Under the pieces are notes generated by a model. It did no database searches and was not told the DNA's origin. It worked only from the letters and a program-made list of their open reading frames with translations. Positions 1 to 13,519 of a stretch of DNA of 64,000 nt are shown here, piece by piece; the first letter of the stretch is position 1, and each line of letters begins with the position of its first letter. The DNA is from Octopus sinensis (lineage: Eukaryota): the NCBI RefSeq assembly GCF_006345805.1, contig NC_042999.1:9114001-9178000 (forward strand). The letters run 5' to 3'. Position numbers and translations under genes: made by a program.

Positions 1-365
1 AATGCTTTCTAATTACCAGCAGACGACAACGAGTCTCGAAAAGTAATGGAGAAACTTTCAAAATACAAAGACCTGGAAATAGAGGTAACCAGAATGTGGA
101 ATCTAAAAACAGAAACAATTCCTATCATAGTAGGCGCATTAGGCATGATAAGAAAAATATTCGGGCAAATGTATAACAAAAACACCAGGACTTACAAGTG
201 TATATAACATACAGAAAATTGCACTACTGGGCGCTGCACACATCCTACGCAGAACACTTTCAATACAGTAACCATCAGAGCATCACAACAAATCACAGCA
301 CATACCTAAGGCACACAGAGCTGTTCTCGGTAGTGAAGTGAAAGTACGTTATAAAAATAAAACTA

Positions 366-435
<70 letters not shown>
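1..435 (+). mobile_element. 3' end of R4/Dong-type non-LTR retrotransposon (RLE C-terminus, 3'UTR, (AAT)n tail)
   Basis: Translates EKLSKYKDLEIEVTRMWNLKTETIPIIVGALG..IQKIALLGAAHILRRTLSIQ* (with a frameshift), then a short UTR and (AAT)n. Confidence 0.8.
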
Positions 436-644
436 CTGATGATAATAATACCAATCCTTTCTACTATAGGCGCAAGGGCTGAAATTTGGGGATGGGGGAT
501 AGTCGATTACAGAATGGATGAAAGGCAAAGTCAACCTCGGCAGAATATGAACTCACAACGTAAATACGGTCGAAATGCTTCTAAAGTATTTTTCCGGCGT
601 GCTAACGATTCTGCCAGCTCCCCGCCCTCAGCAATAATAAAATA

Positions 645-752
645 GAAGAAGAAGAAGAAGAAGAAGAAGAAGAAGAAGAAGAAGAAGAAGAAGAAGAAGA
701 ATATTATCATTACCATCATCATCATCGCCATCATTAACATTATCATCATCAC

Positions 753-802
<50 letters not shown>

Positions 803-829
803 AATCATTATCGATAATGATAATTATTA

Positions 830-889
<60 letters not shown>

Positions 890-907
890 TATTATTATTA
901 TTATTAT
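645..907. repeat. Compound microsatellite (GAA)n/(CAT)n/(ATT)n
   Basis: Seen directly. Confidence 0.95.
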
Positions 908-1362
908 TAGTGAGTGACAGAGATATGCGTACCATCAAGTTCACACTGGGGTAAGATATACGAAACCTAGTATACCCGTCTGATACGAGTACCCCAGGCA
1001 TATGCATCACAACTACATGTGCGCAACATAGCGATCTCATAAACCTTGCAGGTGGGGCCCAGTTAGATTTTTCTTCAGGTCGAGTAGCCCATCCCGCTCA
1101 CGAGGTCCTTGAATAAGGTTTGTTTAAGGATGATATGCAAAACACCCATGTTTCCAAAGGTGAATCATCCAAACCCCAAACAATTCCTCTCAACACATGC
1201 AAGGCCATGCACTGTTTATGAATCGCTATGTTGCGCACATGTGGTTGTGATGCATGTGCCTGGTGCACCCGTATCAGACGGGTAGTCATGACGGGTATAT
1301 TAGGCTTCGTATATCTTACCCCAGTGTGAACTTGATGGTATGCACTTCTCTGTCACTCACTA
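908..1362. mobile_element. Two partial copies of the (AAT)n-associated non-coding element, head-to-head
   Basis: 908-1199 is the reverse complement of the 3' part of 34727-35262, and 1198-1362 is a forward copy of its 3' end. Confidence 0.75.
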
Positions 1363-1365
1363 AAA

Positions 1366-1582
1366 ATAATGATGATGATGATGATGCTGATGACGATGAT
1401 GATGATGATGGTGATGATGATGATGAAGATGGTGGTGGTGGTGGTGATGATGATGATGTTGGTGGTGGTGATGATGATGATGGTGGTGGTGGTGGTGGTG
1501 GTGATGGTGATGATGATGATAATGATGATGATGATGGTGGTGGTGGTTGTGGTGGTGGTGGTGGTGGTGGTGATGATGATGA

Positions 1583-1613
<31 letters not shown>

Positions 1614-1677
1614 GGTGGTGGTAGTGGTGATGATGATGATGATGGTGGTGGTGGTTGTGGTGGTGGTGGTGGTGATG

Positions 1678-1709
<32 letters not shown>

Positions 1710-1741
1710 GATGATGAAGATGGTGATGGTGGTGGTGAATG

Positions 1742-1772
<31 letters not shown>

Positions 1773-1820
1773 GGTGAATGTGATGATGATGATGATGATG
1801 ATGCTGGTGGTGGTGGTGAA
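1366..1820. repeat. Compound (GAT)n/(GGT)n trinucleotide tract
   Basis: Seen directly. It explains the poly-D/G, poly-H and poly-M ORFs. Confidence 0.95.
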
Positions 1821-2395
1821 AATATTGATAATGATCACAACAACACGAACAAAAAAAAAACTGTTTTCTGCCGATAAGGAATCTGACAAATACAAAAACG
1901 AAGTCCATAGCACCTAAGAAATATGAAGAAAAAGAAAAAAACAAATAAAAACTATAAAAGAACTGAAATCCAAACGAAAACCGGAGCAACATGGTATCAT
2001 GATGAAACGATGTCAAGAAAAGCCCTTTCGTGGTAAACATTAGAATAAGCGAAAAAGAAAAGAAATATAGAAAGTAAAATCCCAATCAATGGCTGAGAAG
2101 CTCAGGAGTCAAAGCAGGGTTTTTAAAAGATGGCCTGCAGCAAATATTCTGCTCAAAACCACAGATTTGCTTGTCAGTTGTTTGACCTTCACCAGTTGAG
2201 CATGTTCCTTAGTGGTTGGCAATATTTTTCAGCCTCTTAGCTTGGACAGAATTTAGAATATTCTGTTTTGAATTTGGTTTCCAGGATATTTTGTGTGAAC
2301 GTGTGTGTATCAGAATCAGTGCGCGAGTTATTATTGGCAGAATGACCCTCTCGAAATAAGACAAAGTACGTTTTTTTTATCACCCCCCCCCCCCA

Positions 2396-2587
2396 TGTTG
2401 ATTCGCTAGCTTCTGCACGCATTTTTTTTCTCTCCGTGTTTCTTTTCTGTGTATCTTTCTGTTGAAGAGCGTAGGCTCGAAACGTAAAAGACTTTTTCTA
2501 TTTCTATTCCTGAGCGCCATACTAATACATTTGTTTGTTTGTACTCCACCTGCCTTCGTCTTTTGTTTATTTTCATAAAGCTTCCCG

Positions 2588-2631
<44 letters not shown>
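2396..2631 (+). mobile_element. ~200-bp hammerhead-bearing repeat (family H1) ending in (TA)n
   Basis: Homologous to 13077-13265(-), 32335-32540(-) and 60979-61180(+). Contains tcttt-CTGTTGA-a-gagc gtag gctc-GAAA-cg-TA-aaaga. Confidence 0.7.
2454..2491 (+). ncRNA. Minimal type-I hammerhead ribozyme-like motif (A6U core variant)
   Basis: Stem I TCTTT/AAAGA, core CTGTTGA, stem II GAGC/GCTC, GAAA, self-complementary ACGT stem III, GUA site. Confidence 0.55.
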
Positions 2632-2636
<5 letters not shown>

Positions 2637-3327
2637 CGTGTGTGTGTGTCGTGGGTGTAGAATGCTTGAAGTGATATAGAGATATTGTATACTATGAAAA
2701 TGGGTGGCAATCAGGATTTTCGATAATTGTATATTGATTACGGGCAGAAGTAGTGGGTGAGCATCGTAGGCATGTGTTGAGAGGAATTCGTTGCGATTTT
2801 GATAATTCACCTCTGGAAACTCTTTCGTTCGTTATCATTCTTCATCCTCGCTCGATGACGGAGTGGTAATACTGGAAACCAATGGCGCAATCAAGACGAA
2901 ATTGGAAGTGCATTGTGAACGGCGGTGTATAACTGCATCTGATGCTCTTGTCGATACTTTGATACAGCGATTTATATACATATTTACAAATACATATATG
3001 TGTATTATGCAAGTATATATGTCTGTATGTATGTAATATATAAGTATATATATGTATGGGCGTGTATGTGTATGTGCGTATTTGTGCGCGCACGTGACAG
3101 AGAAAGAGAGTATATGCATATATGTGTTCGTCAAATAGTGAACCGAGTTGCGTCTTTTTCATCAACCTATTTTTAACCATTCGATAAAAAATTATCGATG
3201 TATTAATACGAGGCTTAAGTCCTCTGATCAATATGATTGACAAATCCCTTGAAGACAATACCCCCAGCACGTACCTGAGTTCAATGAAACTACAACTACA
3301 AATAAAGTAAAATGAATTTATGCATAT

Positions 3328-3486
3328 GTAGTGGCTGTGTGGTAAGTAGCTTGCTAAACAACCACATGGTTCCGGGTTCTGTCCCACTGCGTGGCATCTT
3401 GGGCAAGTGTCTTCTGCCATAGCCCCGGTTTGACCAGTGCCTTGTGAGTGGATTTGGCAGACGGAAACTGAAAGAAGCCTGTCCTA

Positions 3487-3540
<54 letters not shown>

Positions 3541-3750
3541 TGTGTGTGTTTGTGTGTCTGTGTTTGTCCCCCTAGCATTGCTTGACTACCGATGCTGGTG
3601 TGTTTATGTCCCCGTCACTTAGCGGTTCGGCAAAAGAGACCGATAGAATAAGTACTGGGCTTACAAAAGAATAAGTCCCGGGGTCGAGTTGCTCGATTAA
3701 AGGCGGTGCTCCAGCATGGCCGCAGTCAAATGACTGAAACAAGTAAAAGA
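3328..3750 (+). mobile_element. SINE family A (tRNA-like head, CORE-like cttgggcaagt, internal TA/TG microsatellite)
   Basis: Near-identical to copies at 5487, 10346, 13752, 48548 and 61769. Confidence 0.85.
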
Positions 3751-3966
3751 GAAAAGAGAGAAAGAGAGTATGCAAAACACACACACACACATTCCTATCT
3801 CTATTATTTTGTACTTCGTTCTCCACAGTTTCTTTAATTTCTCTCAAAATCGTCTTTTTCTTTTTCATTCTTTACATATAGAAATGCGCTTGTGCATGTC
3901 ACATGCATACACATTTACTTGCAAACACATACATACAAACACACATAACCTCACACTCACACCCAC

Positions 3967-4000
<34 letters not shown>

Positions 4001-5486
4001 GAAGATATAGAGTGTTACTCTGGTGCTGTTGGCTTATACAGCTTTATTAAATGTCTACTGGAAAACTAAAGAATGCCAGACTATGATAATGAAGCATTAC
4101 TGTGTATCCATAGTAACCAGAAAATTGCTAAGCTTCTTGTTTCTATCTGCATTGTCACTAGCATTTGGAATATCTTCTCATTTGTTCGCAGATTTCATGA
4201 TAACAAAAAAATGAAGAAATCCTTGTTGCTCTCTTTCTTATTAATTACTATTATCACGATTGTATTTCATTTCTTTCGGAATATTAGTCACGTTAAGCTA
4301 AAATATACAACAATTGTAATCTTTTTTTTTTTTTTGTCATATTAATCTGCTTCATCTCTCTGTCTCTCTGCCTTTCGTTAATATTGTTATTCGACGTGTT
4401 TGTTCGCTCAGAATTGCTTTTTCACTATTTACATCAAACAACAACTGACAGATATAGTGATTTAATTTCATTTTGACAATTACAAGAGAAAACGGTCTAT
4501 AAAGAGAAGTTCATTAAATATTAATAGAGCAATTCATATCATTTCGCTTACTAAACCCTGCGACACACGAATTCTTATCATAAATTGTAGTCATAATAGT
4601 ACTTAGCTTTATCAAACTACTTGAAGAGAAAACGTTCTTTAGGTAAATAAGGAAACTCTTCAAGGACTCAAAATGGCATTTGGAAGCAATTTCTTAATTT
4701 CGCTTAACACGAAACACATGGAATAAGCATAAATTTTGCATGTCTACCAAGGCTGTTCCTATCAAAGTTAACATTTACAGATGAAGCGTACGTACTCCCA
4801 GCAGTTAACAAAGCTAATACAAGGCATTAATAAACGCCATCGAAACACACACCACCATTGAATATAAATTTATAAACGATTTGCGAAGAGTCTATTAACT
4901 TATCCAGCCATTTGCAATATTCAGTCACGCGTGACAATTATATTTTCATGAATGTAGAGCGGTGAATTAATGAGTAAATATATTATTATCGGTAAATCAT
5001 TATTACGCCATCATGCATATGATATAGATTAGATAATGTAAAATATGATGGTTATATATTTTCTGGGGGCGTTTATTACTTACTCTGGAACTAAAATTGT
5101 CACTGTTTCAGTTTCCCAAGATTTTAATTCTACATTTGAACACACGTCATTAGTAACAACCATAATGTAATGCCAAAAAATGTTGCTGTTAATAGTCAGC
5201 TGACCTATTAGAATAATCAGCTAAATGCATTCAAAGCTACAAGCTTAAGAAGAACATATGTTGGTAATATAGTCTTAAAAATACACAAAGATGGCATCGT
5301 CATTGCCGGATTGTCTTTGCGTATAGCTCAGTCTATTCAGAGCTTAGTTACAGATAAACAAAATTATAATGATAATAATAATTTTGGATATGAACCCCTC
5401 CCACACACACACACACACACATACATACATATACATATATACATACGTATGTGTGTGGGGGTGTAGAATGTTTGAAATGATGTACA

Positions 5487-5888
5487 GGCGCAGGAGTGGC
5501 TGTGTGGTAAGTAGCTTCCTTATCAACCACATGGTTCCGGGTTCAGTCCCACTGCGTGGCATCTTGGGCAAGTGTCTTCTACTATAGCCTCGGGCCGACC
5601 AAAGCCTTGTGAGTGGATTTGGTAGATGGAAACTGAAAGAAGCCCATCGTATATATGTATATATATATATATATATATGTGTGTGTGCGTGTATGTTTGT
5701 GTTCGTCCCCTAGCATTGTTTGACAACCGATGCTGGTGTGTTTATGTCCCCGTCACTTAGCGGTTCGGCAAAAAAGACCGATAGAATAAGTACTGGGCTT
5801 ACAAAAGAAGAAGTCCCGGGGTCGAGTTGCTCGATTAAAGGCGGTGCTCCAGCATGGCCGCAGTCAAATGACTGAAACAAGTAAAAGA
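5487..5888 (+). mobile_element. SINE family A
   Basis: Full copy ggcgcaggagtggctgtgtgg...gactgaaacaagtaaaaga. Confidence 0.85.
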
Positions 5889-6379
5889 GTAGAAAGAGAG
5901 AGTAAGATGACTGCCGTTTTGTGATGTTTATATTGAACTTTTTAATATGAAGGCATTGCAAGACGCGAGTGTATATCGAAACCCTAACAATACAATTCAG
6001 TTGTACTTTACCTTTTACTTTCTGTCACTTTCGAATATTTCGTTTGTGCATTTCGTTTGCGAGATTCTTGATGTGAACTCATGTGTTGAAACGTATTTTG
6101 TTTTATCTCGTGTGGGTCATCCTGCCAATAATAAACTTGTGTACTGATTCTAATGCACACACGTTTACACAAAATATCCTGGAAACCAAAATTCAAAACA
6201 GAATATTCTAAATTCTAACCCAAGCTCAGAGGCTGAAAAATATTATGTTCTGCTGTATCAAGATCAGGCTAATAACCCGATCTAGAAGACGTGGTATGGA
6301 AATAGTGCGTGTATTTTATTATTGAAATAATACCCTCTTCTCAGGATGCACCAAAAATATTTTCGAATAATTTTACAGC

Positions 6380-6764
6380 TGGAAGCACTCCGTCGGTAAC
6401 GACGATGAGGGTTCCGGTTGATCCGAATCAACGGAACAGCCTGCTCGTGAAATTAACGTGTAAGTGGCTGAGCACTCCACAGACACGTGTACCCTTAAGG
6501 TAGTTCTCGGGGATATTCAGCGTGACATAGAGAGTGACAAGGTCGGCCCTTTGAAATACAGGTACAACAGAAACAGGAAGTAAGAGTGAGAGAAAGTTGT
6601 GGTGAAAGAGTACAGCAGGGATCACTACCATCCCCTGCCGGAGCCTCGTGGAGCTTTAGGTGTTTTCGCTCAATAAACACTCACAACGCCCGGTCTGGGA
6701 ATCGAAACCGCGATCCTATGGCCGCGTGTCCGCTGCCCTAACCACTGGGCCATTGCGCCTCCAC
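6380..6764 (-). mobile_element. SINE family B (tRNA-Arg-like head)
   Basis: Reverse complement of 18290-18671. TSD ttttacagc at 6371-6379 and 6768-6776. Confidence 0.9.
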
Positions 6765-7724
6765 TAGTTTTACAGCACCAAGCTGGTAGAATTATTAGTG
6801 TCGGAAAAAATGCTTTGCGACATATGATTCGAATCTTGACGCTGAATTCGAATCAAATTTTGCCTTCCTTCCGGGATTGATAAAATACTACCAGTCATCT
6901 ACCAGGGTTGATGATATTGATTAGACCCCTAACCTCAATTTAATGACCATGTGCCTAACTTTTAAAAAAAAACACATTATTCAAATAGCTACATGCTTTA
7001 AGTTTCGAATGTAGAAATATTTTTATCTTGACTTCTTTGAATCTCCAAAGAATTACTTTAGCATATCAATTAATTAAGTTTAATCACTATATTTAAAACT
7101 AACAGGTGAGAGTTATTTAGAAGTAAACCGTAACGATTTTATGCTGGCTGCGGTCTGAGAAAAATGCAATTATTTCCAGTCTTTAACTGAACTAATTGCA
7201 TACTTTTACCTCTCACCAAAATAATAAAACATGGAAAGTAAAATGTTTAATTTTTATTGTTCCTAATTAAATAATCTTATTTATTTGGTAGTTGTTGTTG
7301 TTGTTTAATTATAACTGTATAAGGAATTTTCTGTAGCCGAAGGAAATTGATCTCAATCAGGTCCAATCATATTGGTGTTCTCTCATCAGAACATGCTTTT
7401 CTCACAATAGTTATTCCCCGCCAAAGTTGTGGTTTTAATAAAGCAATAAATCTTTTAATATATTGCATATCTTTAACATTCGACCATAAATCTATACACG
7501 AGAAGTTAATTAATTAACCATTTTCTATAAGAAAAGTAGAAATCTTTAAAATATTCATGCTTTTAGCATGGACTTCAGTGTTCGTGTGACAGCTGATGTA
7601 TTATAAATATATGCTAAATCACGCCTTTCCAGCCGAGGTATTATAAAGTTGAAATCATTGAGACAAGCGCATCACATCATAATTTTGATAACATATCTTT
7701 GAATTTCAATGTCTTTGGAATACT

Positions 7725-8165
7725 GCTTTCAAATTTTGGCAGAGGGCCAGTTATTACAGGGAATGGACTAAGACTATTACACCGACACTAGTGATCAACT
7801 ATTACATATTTTATGAAAACCAAACGAACGAAAAGTAAAGTCGATCTCGGCGGAATTTGAACTCAGAAAATAACGGCAGACGAAATACGGCTACGCATTT
7901 CGCCCGGCGTGCTAACGTTTCTGCCAGCTCACCGCCTTGGCCTTATATATCTTTGGAATATTAATCTAAGAATCGGGCGGCCAGCTGGTGGAATCGTTAA
8001 CAAGCCGGACAGAATGCTTAGCGGCATTGCGTCTGTTTTTACATGTTTTGCTCAAATTCCACCGAGGTCGACAAAATAAGTACCAGTTGAGGGCTGGGGG
8101 TAGAATTAATTCGAATTAATTCCTACCTCGAAATTGCTGGCCTTGTACCAAAATTTGAAGCCAGT
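7725..8165. mobile_element. Two SINE family C copies head-to-head
   Basis: 7725-7938(-) and ~7975-8165(+) both match the ggcgagctggcagaa..gaggtcgac family. Confidence 0.7.
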
Positions 8166-8416
8166 ATTAACCGTGGGAATATTTCTATATACGCATTGAA
8201 TTCCTGTAACGTCTTCATTATTTAAATCTCATTGGAACTTACCTCTCCTCTGGCTATCTTTTATCGAATTTCTGAAAATAGAACGATGTAATTTACGAAA
8301 GATAAAATAACATTTCTATATAGATCGACAAAATATTTGAATTTTGAGTAGTTTTCAAACAATGTTATTTCTATAATCTCAATCCTCTTAATATATATTT
8401 TTTCTTTTGTCCACAG

Positions 8417-8648
8417 GATGTTCCGCTCCGAACCTTATTTGAAAGAAATGTTCAAGGAGTTTCGAAACCTTGTAACAGACGATGAAATGCGCGAAAATGT
8501 GGCCCTGGAGAAACATGCCACAATGGTAATGAATTTGCTTGATGAAGCCATCAACAACATCGATAATGTTGACCTTTTGTTGGATTTACTACACAGAGTT
8601 GGGAAGAATCATTTGCGATTTGAAGGCTTTGATGTCAGTTACTTTTGG
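8417..8648 (+). CDS. Globin (globin X-like / neuroglobin-like), internal coding exon, helices B12-G6
   Basis: Polypyrimidine tract ending ccacAG (8415-8416), donor GTGAGT at 8649. Translation MFRSEPYLKEMF..LEKHATMVMNLLDEAI..VGKNHLRFEGFDVSYFW shows Pro C2, Phe CD1, distal His E7, proximal His F8 and Phe G5. The phase-2 start matches B12.2 and the phase-0 end matches G7.0. Confidence 0.93.
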
Positions 8649-8986
8649 GTGAGTATACCGTCGCCTGCGACATACGACATACGTCTTGCAATGGTGTAAC
8701 TTTAAAAATATTATCAGGAATAAAGAGAAGACAAACAAAAAAAAGCGTTACTACTTGCTACAAGGAACAAGGAACAACCGATTAATATACGGAATCGGAT
8801 CTAGAATGGCTTAAAACTATGCAGTTCTTTCTTCCAAGACTGATTCAGCAGTCATCTATGTTCCGTAGCGAAACCTAATATAGAAACAAAAGTTAGCTTC
8901 GCTCTCGGTACTCTAGCACTGAGTTAATCACATAATAAATATGTGCATAACTGCTAGGTCAAAACCATATATATACATATATATAC

Positions 8987-9087
<101 letters not shown>

Positions 9088-9260
9088 GAGAGAGGGGGAG
9101 GGAGAGAGAGATAATATATATATAGTACGTTTAAATATTTTATTGGCTAAACTGGCAAAATGACACTTCCGAAATATAACAATAATATATATATACTTAT
9201 TCATATATACATATATTTATATATATGTAACATATAGTATACATATCTATACGTATATAG

Positions 9261-9305
<45 letters not shown>

Positions 9306-9850
9306 ATATTGACTGTATAGCTATGTATGATTCTTTTGTGTATGCGTTTGTTATCAACTGTGACTGATAACCAGTGTTGGTTTGTTTACGCTATTGTGGT
9401 TCGGCAAAAGAGATAAATAGAATATGTGCCAGGCTTACAAAATAACTACTGTGATCGATTTATTCGGCGAGGCCCTTCAAGGCGGTGTTCCATCATGGCC
9501 ACGATCCAATAACTGAAACATGTAAAAACGAAAATTGTAAGATATGTGCGTGTGTGCATGTGTGTGCATATGTATGTGTGTTTTTGTGTGTGTGTGTGTG
9601 TACCGGTGTGCATGTGTGTATTTATATCGCAGTATCGTAATCTGAAGGTCAACTTACCTTAAAGAATCGTGTGTATAATGAATGCACAACGCCAGAAAAG
9701 TATTGACGTCCTCCTTAGACAAATATGTACATCATTGATTTTATTCTCATGGTTAATTGTTAAAAATAATAAATATTCCATACATATTAATTTAAAACTG
9801 TTTTATAGGTATTGAGGAAAAGTTAATAGTTTACATTTTTCATGCTTGTG

Positions 9851-10078
9851 TAACCTGTTAAGTCCCAGAGTACTTAAAATTCTGAATATTACGTTTAAAG
9901 TTTTACAGATGGTTGAAAATAGGTTAAAATGAAAAAATAATTATTAAAACTCTTTTACTTTAAGTACAAATGGAAATACTTGGTGTCCTATAAACAGGAC
10001 ACTGAGGCAATGTGATATAGCTTTTTTAATGCTCGCATTTAGTGTACTATTTATAGGACAGTGGGACTTAATGGGTTA
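9851..10078. mobile_element. MITE with ~17-bp terminal inverted repeats (piggyBac-like ends)
   Basis: taacctgttaagtccca ... tgggacttaatgggtta. Confidence 0.5.
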
Positions 10079-10104
10079 TAAAATATAAGCTCTAATTGTA
10101 ACTG

Positions 10105-11108
10105 GATGCAGACAATTCGTCGACAGACAATTCGCCGACAGGCAATTCGCCCATTGGACAATTGGCTGGCTGGACAATAAGTCGACATGCGGAAGTATCG
10201 ATTATGGAGTTCATCAAAACGGAACGAGGAGGGAGAAAGCTTCTATACAAAGAGTACACCTATATAATTGATAGAACCAGTAAAGAAAAGACTTATGGGA
10301 GATGCACAAATCGTAAACTGTGCAGCGCTAAACTGACAACGATTGCTCTTTGCTCTTTTGCTTGTTTCAGTCATTTGACTGCGGCCATGCCGGAGCACCG
10401 CCTTTAATCGAGCAAATCGACCCCGGGACTTATTCTTTGTAAGCCCAGTACTTATTCTATCGGTTTCTTTCTGCCGAACCGCTAAGTGACGGGGACGTAA
10501 ACACACCAGCATCGGTTGTCAAACAATGCTAGGGGGACAAACACCGACACACAAACACACACACACACACATACATATATATACATATTCACGACAGGCT
10601 TCTTTCAGTTTCCGTCTACCAAATCCACTCACAAGGCATTGGTCGGCTCGGGGCTATAGCAGAAGACACTTGCCCAAGATGCCACGCAGTGGGACTGAAC
10701 CCGGAACCATGTGGTTGGTTAGCAAGCTACTTACCACACAGCCACTCCTGCGCCTATTGATGACAAAATTAGCAAAACTCCTTCTGAACCCATACATCCA
10801 CCTACGCCGATTGAAAATCCCACTGCAAAAGTTAAGGAAAAATTAAAGCAGCGATAAAGAACATTAAAAAAAATTTCTATTTCCAAGACTAACAAAACTT
10901 TTTGTGCTTTTTTTTATTTCAGCCTATTGTACGTAATATCTTTTTTAAAAATAAGTTGTTTTATTTGTAAGTTTAAAAAACCTTTTTCGTAATTTGTACC
11001 TTGTTTTTAAAAATGTCGAAATATTGCCCTTTCGGCAAATTGTCCAATCGGTCAATTGTCCTGTCTGTAAGTGTCTGCCGGCCAACTGTCTGTCGACGAA
11101 TTGTCCCT
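10105..11108 (+). mobile_element. Mutator-like (FLYWCH) DNA transposon relic with tandem 15-bp subterminal inverted repeats, interrupted by a SINE
   Basis: Left end has cagacaattcgtcga-like units and the right end has inverse units ending ctgtcgacgaattgtc. Translation MEFIKTERGGRKLLYKEYTY..YGRC...C.AKLTT resumes after the SINE as IDDKISKTPSEPIHPP. Confidence 0.65.
10346..10755 (-). mobile_element. SINE family A inserted into the FLYWCH coding region
   Basis: Reverse-complement full copy, with attg on both flanks. Confidence 0.85.
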
Positions 11109-13009
11109 TTACCAATAGTAACAGATTCTTATAGTACTCAACATGCTAAACACATTAGATTTCGCTTCTATACGGGACAAAACACAAGTGACTTAGATTA
11201 AATGAAATTATCACAGGGCACCGCGTGTACGTATGAGATTGTCCTTACAATTACAGACATAAACTTAACAGATTTATTCTCTCCCCGCCGCCAACTACTG
11301 GTATAATTTATTGTACGAACTCGTTCGCTGCATGCTGTCGTGTACGTTACCATAATTTCATGCAAATTTCTTATTGAATTCACAACACATATCTGCTCAT
11401 GACTGAGATGGAATACAAACACAATAACTCTTTGTTGATTTACATAATTTTGTTAAAGAATTCCAACAGAAAGCACTTGGATTCGTATAAAACAATTATT
11501 CAAAGAATCTTGTACACAAATAAATCTATAATTTCACTTCATATCTTCGATATTCATATGACTGTTTAAGAGAATAGAAAACTGCACAGATCACATGCTG
11601 GGTTGTATATATTATATTAACGGATGAAATAAAATCTGTTTTTACTATTGACAAACCATGTTTTGTGAGATTACAAACAGTTCAAAATAGAGAAATGCTC
11701 TTTCATCATGTCGGTACAGTTTTCATTGGAAATAATATTTCAGCAACTCGTTTCACATGTATCAAAACATATATTCCTTTAGCTTTTGTACCATTTTCAG
11801 GTTGTTAACTCAACTGGGAAATAAATAAAAAAATATTTACTATTGATATGCATGTGATTCGTTAGATTTACAGAAGTGATATTAATATTTGAGTAGTATA
11901 ACCTATGCAAATAGGAAACACAATCTAGTTCTTCTACATAATGGTCAAATTAATTAAATAGGAACAAAAACTAAAGAAAATATTTCAAAATGGAGGAACT
12001 ATCGAAAGATAGAGATGCAACTTATGAGGATGGAATGCTTGATAATTCAATCATTAAACAAGATATTGTAAACATTATAATATTTGTAATTATATGTTGC
12101 TAAATTGTTTTCAAGATGAAATATTTACAAATGTTCTAAAACATCTAGAATAATATATTAATGTTTAGCATAAGCGCTAGTGGTATTATTTGATAGTTTT
12201 GTGAATTCCTCTTTACAAATCACGATTCACTCTAATAATAAGATTTTGGAGAGTATCACTTGATTTTAAGTGCCTTAGTATATAACTCCATAGATTTATA
12301 AAAGAATGAAAATACTGTGGTGGAAATACTGTGGGAATTACACGTAACACAAATGAATTAGTAAAGAATTTGGATAAAAGAATTTGGAGATTTTGTTTTG
12401 CCTTTTATAATAGAGAGTAATGAACAAATTTGCGATTACCAAATTCATTCAAGATATATCAACTGAATGTATTTAGGTATATATGGTTCGATATGTGTGT
12501 GTGTGAGTGTGTGTGTGCGTGTGTGCGTGTGTGCGTGTGTGCGTGCTCACGTGCTTGTGTGTGTTTGTTTGTGTGTATGTATGTATGTATCTATATGTAT
12601 GTAGAAGTATGTGTGTGTGTGTGACATCCTGATTGGATTTTGTGTTAAGCTCTACCTCCTTACGACGATGTAAACTTTCATTTAATCAAGATAACCTTGG
12701 CCTGAAGAGTAGCCAGCGGTATACACCTCGCTCGGATATTTACCACTTCTGAGGTTCCGCTCGCTTTGAAACATATGTAACCTGGATCTTATCTACACCA
12801 TTCCTTAACTCTTGTATTACTATTCACACACCCGGCAACCCTGGTTGCCTACCGGGAAATATAAAGGAACTTTTCTTCAATCTATCGTAGTTCGATATCA
12901 AATAAATTCCTCAGCCTTCCGTCTCAACAAAACACTATTTTCCCTGAAAGTCTTTTTTATATTTTCGTATTGCTTCAGTCTAACTTTCTGCCTACACCTC
13001 GATCCATGG

Positions 13010-13076
<67 letters not shown>

Positions 13077-13079
<3 letters not shown>

Positions 13080-13265
13080 AGAGTTTACGAAAAATCAAAA
13101 TACAAAGGCAGGTTGTGTACAAAAGAAACAAATGTTTTAGTATAACGCTCAGGAATAGAAAAAGTCTTTTACGTTTCGAGCCTACGCTCTTCTACATAAA
13201 GGTACACAGAAAAAACAAGGGAGAAACAAGGAGAGAAAAAAATGTGTGTAGTGGCTAACGATCTA
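13077..13265 (-). mobile_element. Hammerhead-bearing repeat family H1
   Basis: Reverse complement reads ccttt-ATGTAGA-a-gagcgtaggctc-GAAACGTA-aaag and abuts (TA)n. Confidence 0.7.
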
Positions 13266-13519
13266 AGAACGTAGATGGATTAAAGAGACACTACAACTGT
13301 TTCAAACACATTTTTATTGATGACTCGTTCGATTATATCACGAAAATACCCTATACATCCATACATGCATGTATGGATGTATTTGTATGTAGTATATAAC
13401 ACTCATGTGTTATAATCAAACAATTCCTGATACGCTGAATGTTAAAATACCTTGATTCAAACGAATACAACAATAAATTCATGATTATGTGTGTGTGTGT
13501 GCGCATGTTTTTTTAACTA

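Noticed and set aside
1254-2085. Long ORFs encoding poly-D/G, poly-H, poly-M/V and poly-I/T
   Set aside because: These are translations of a stop-free GAT/GGT microsatellite that is open in several frames.
6061-6100. Hammerhead-like ttgatgtg..gaaacgta
   Set aside because: The core is degenerate and no adjacent stem I can be drawn.
7060-7112. aacag|GTGAGA as the donor of the missing first globin exon
   Set aside because: The required phase-2 frame hits a TAA about ten codons upstream and shows no A/B-helix similarity.
8418-8699. 93-aa ORF as a complete globin
   Set aside because: The ATG is internal (1 nt after a splice acceptor), and the residues after YFW are intron read-through past GTGAGT.
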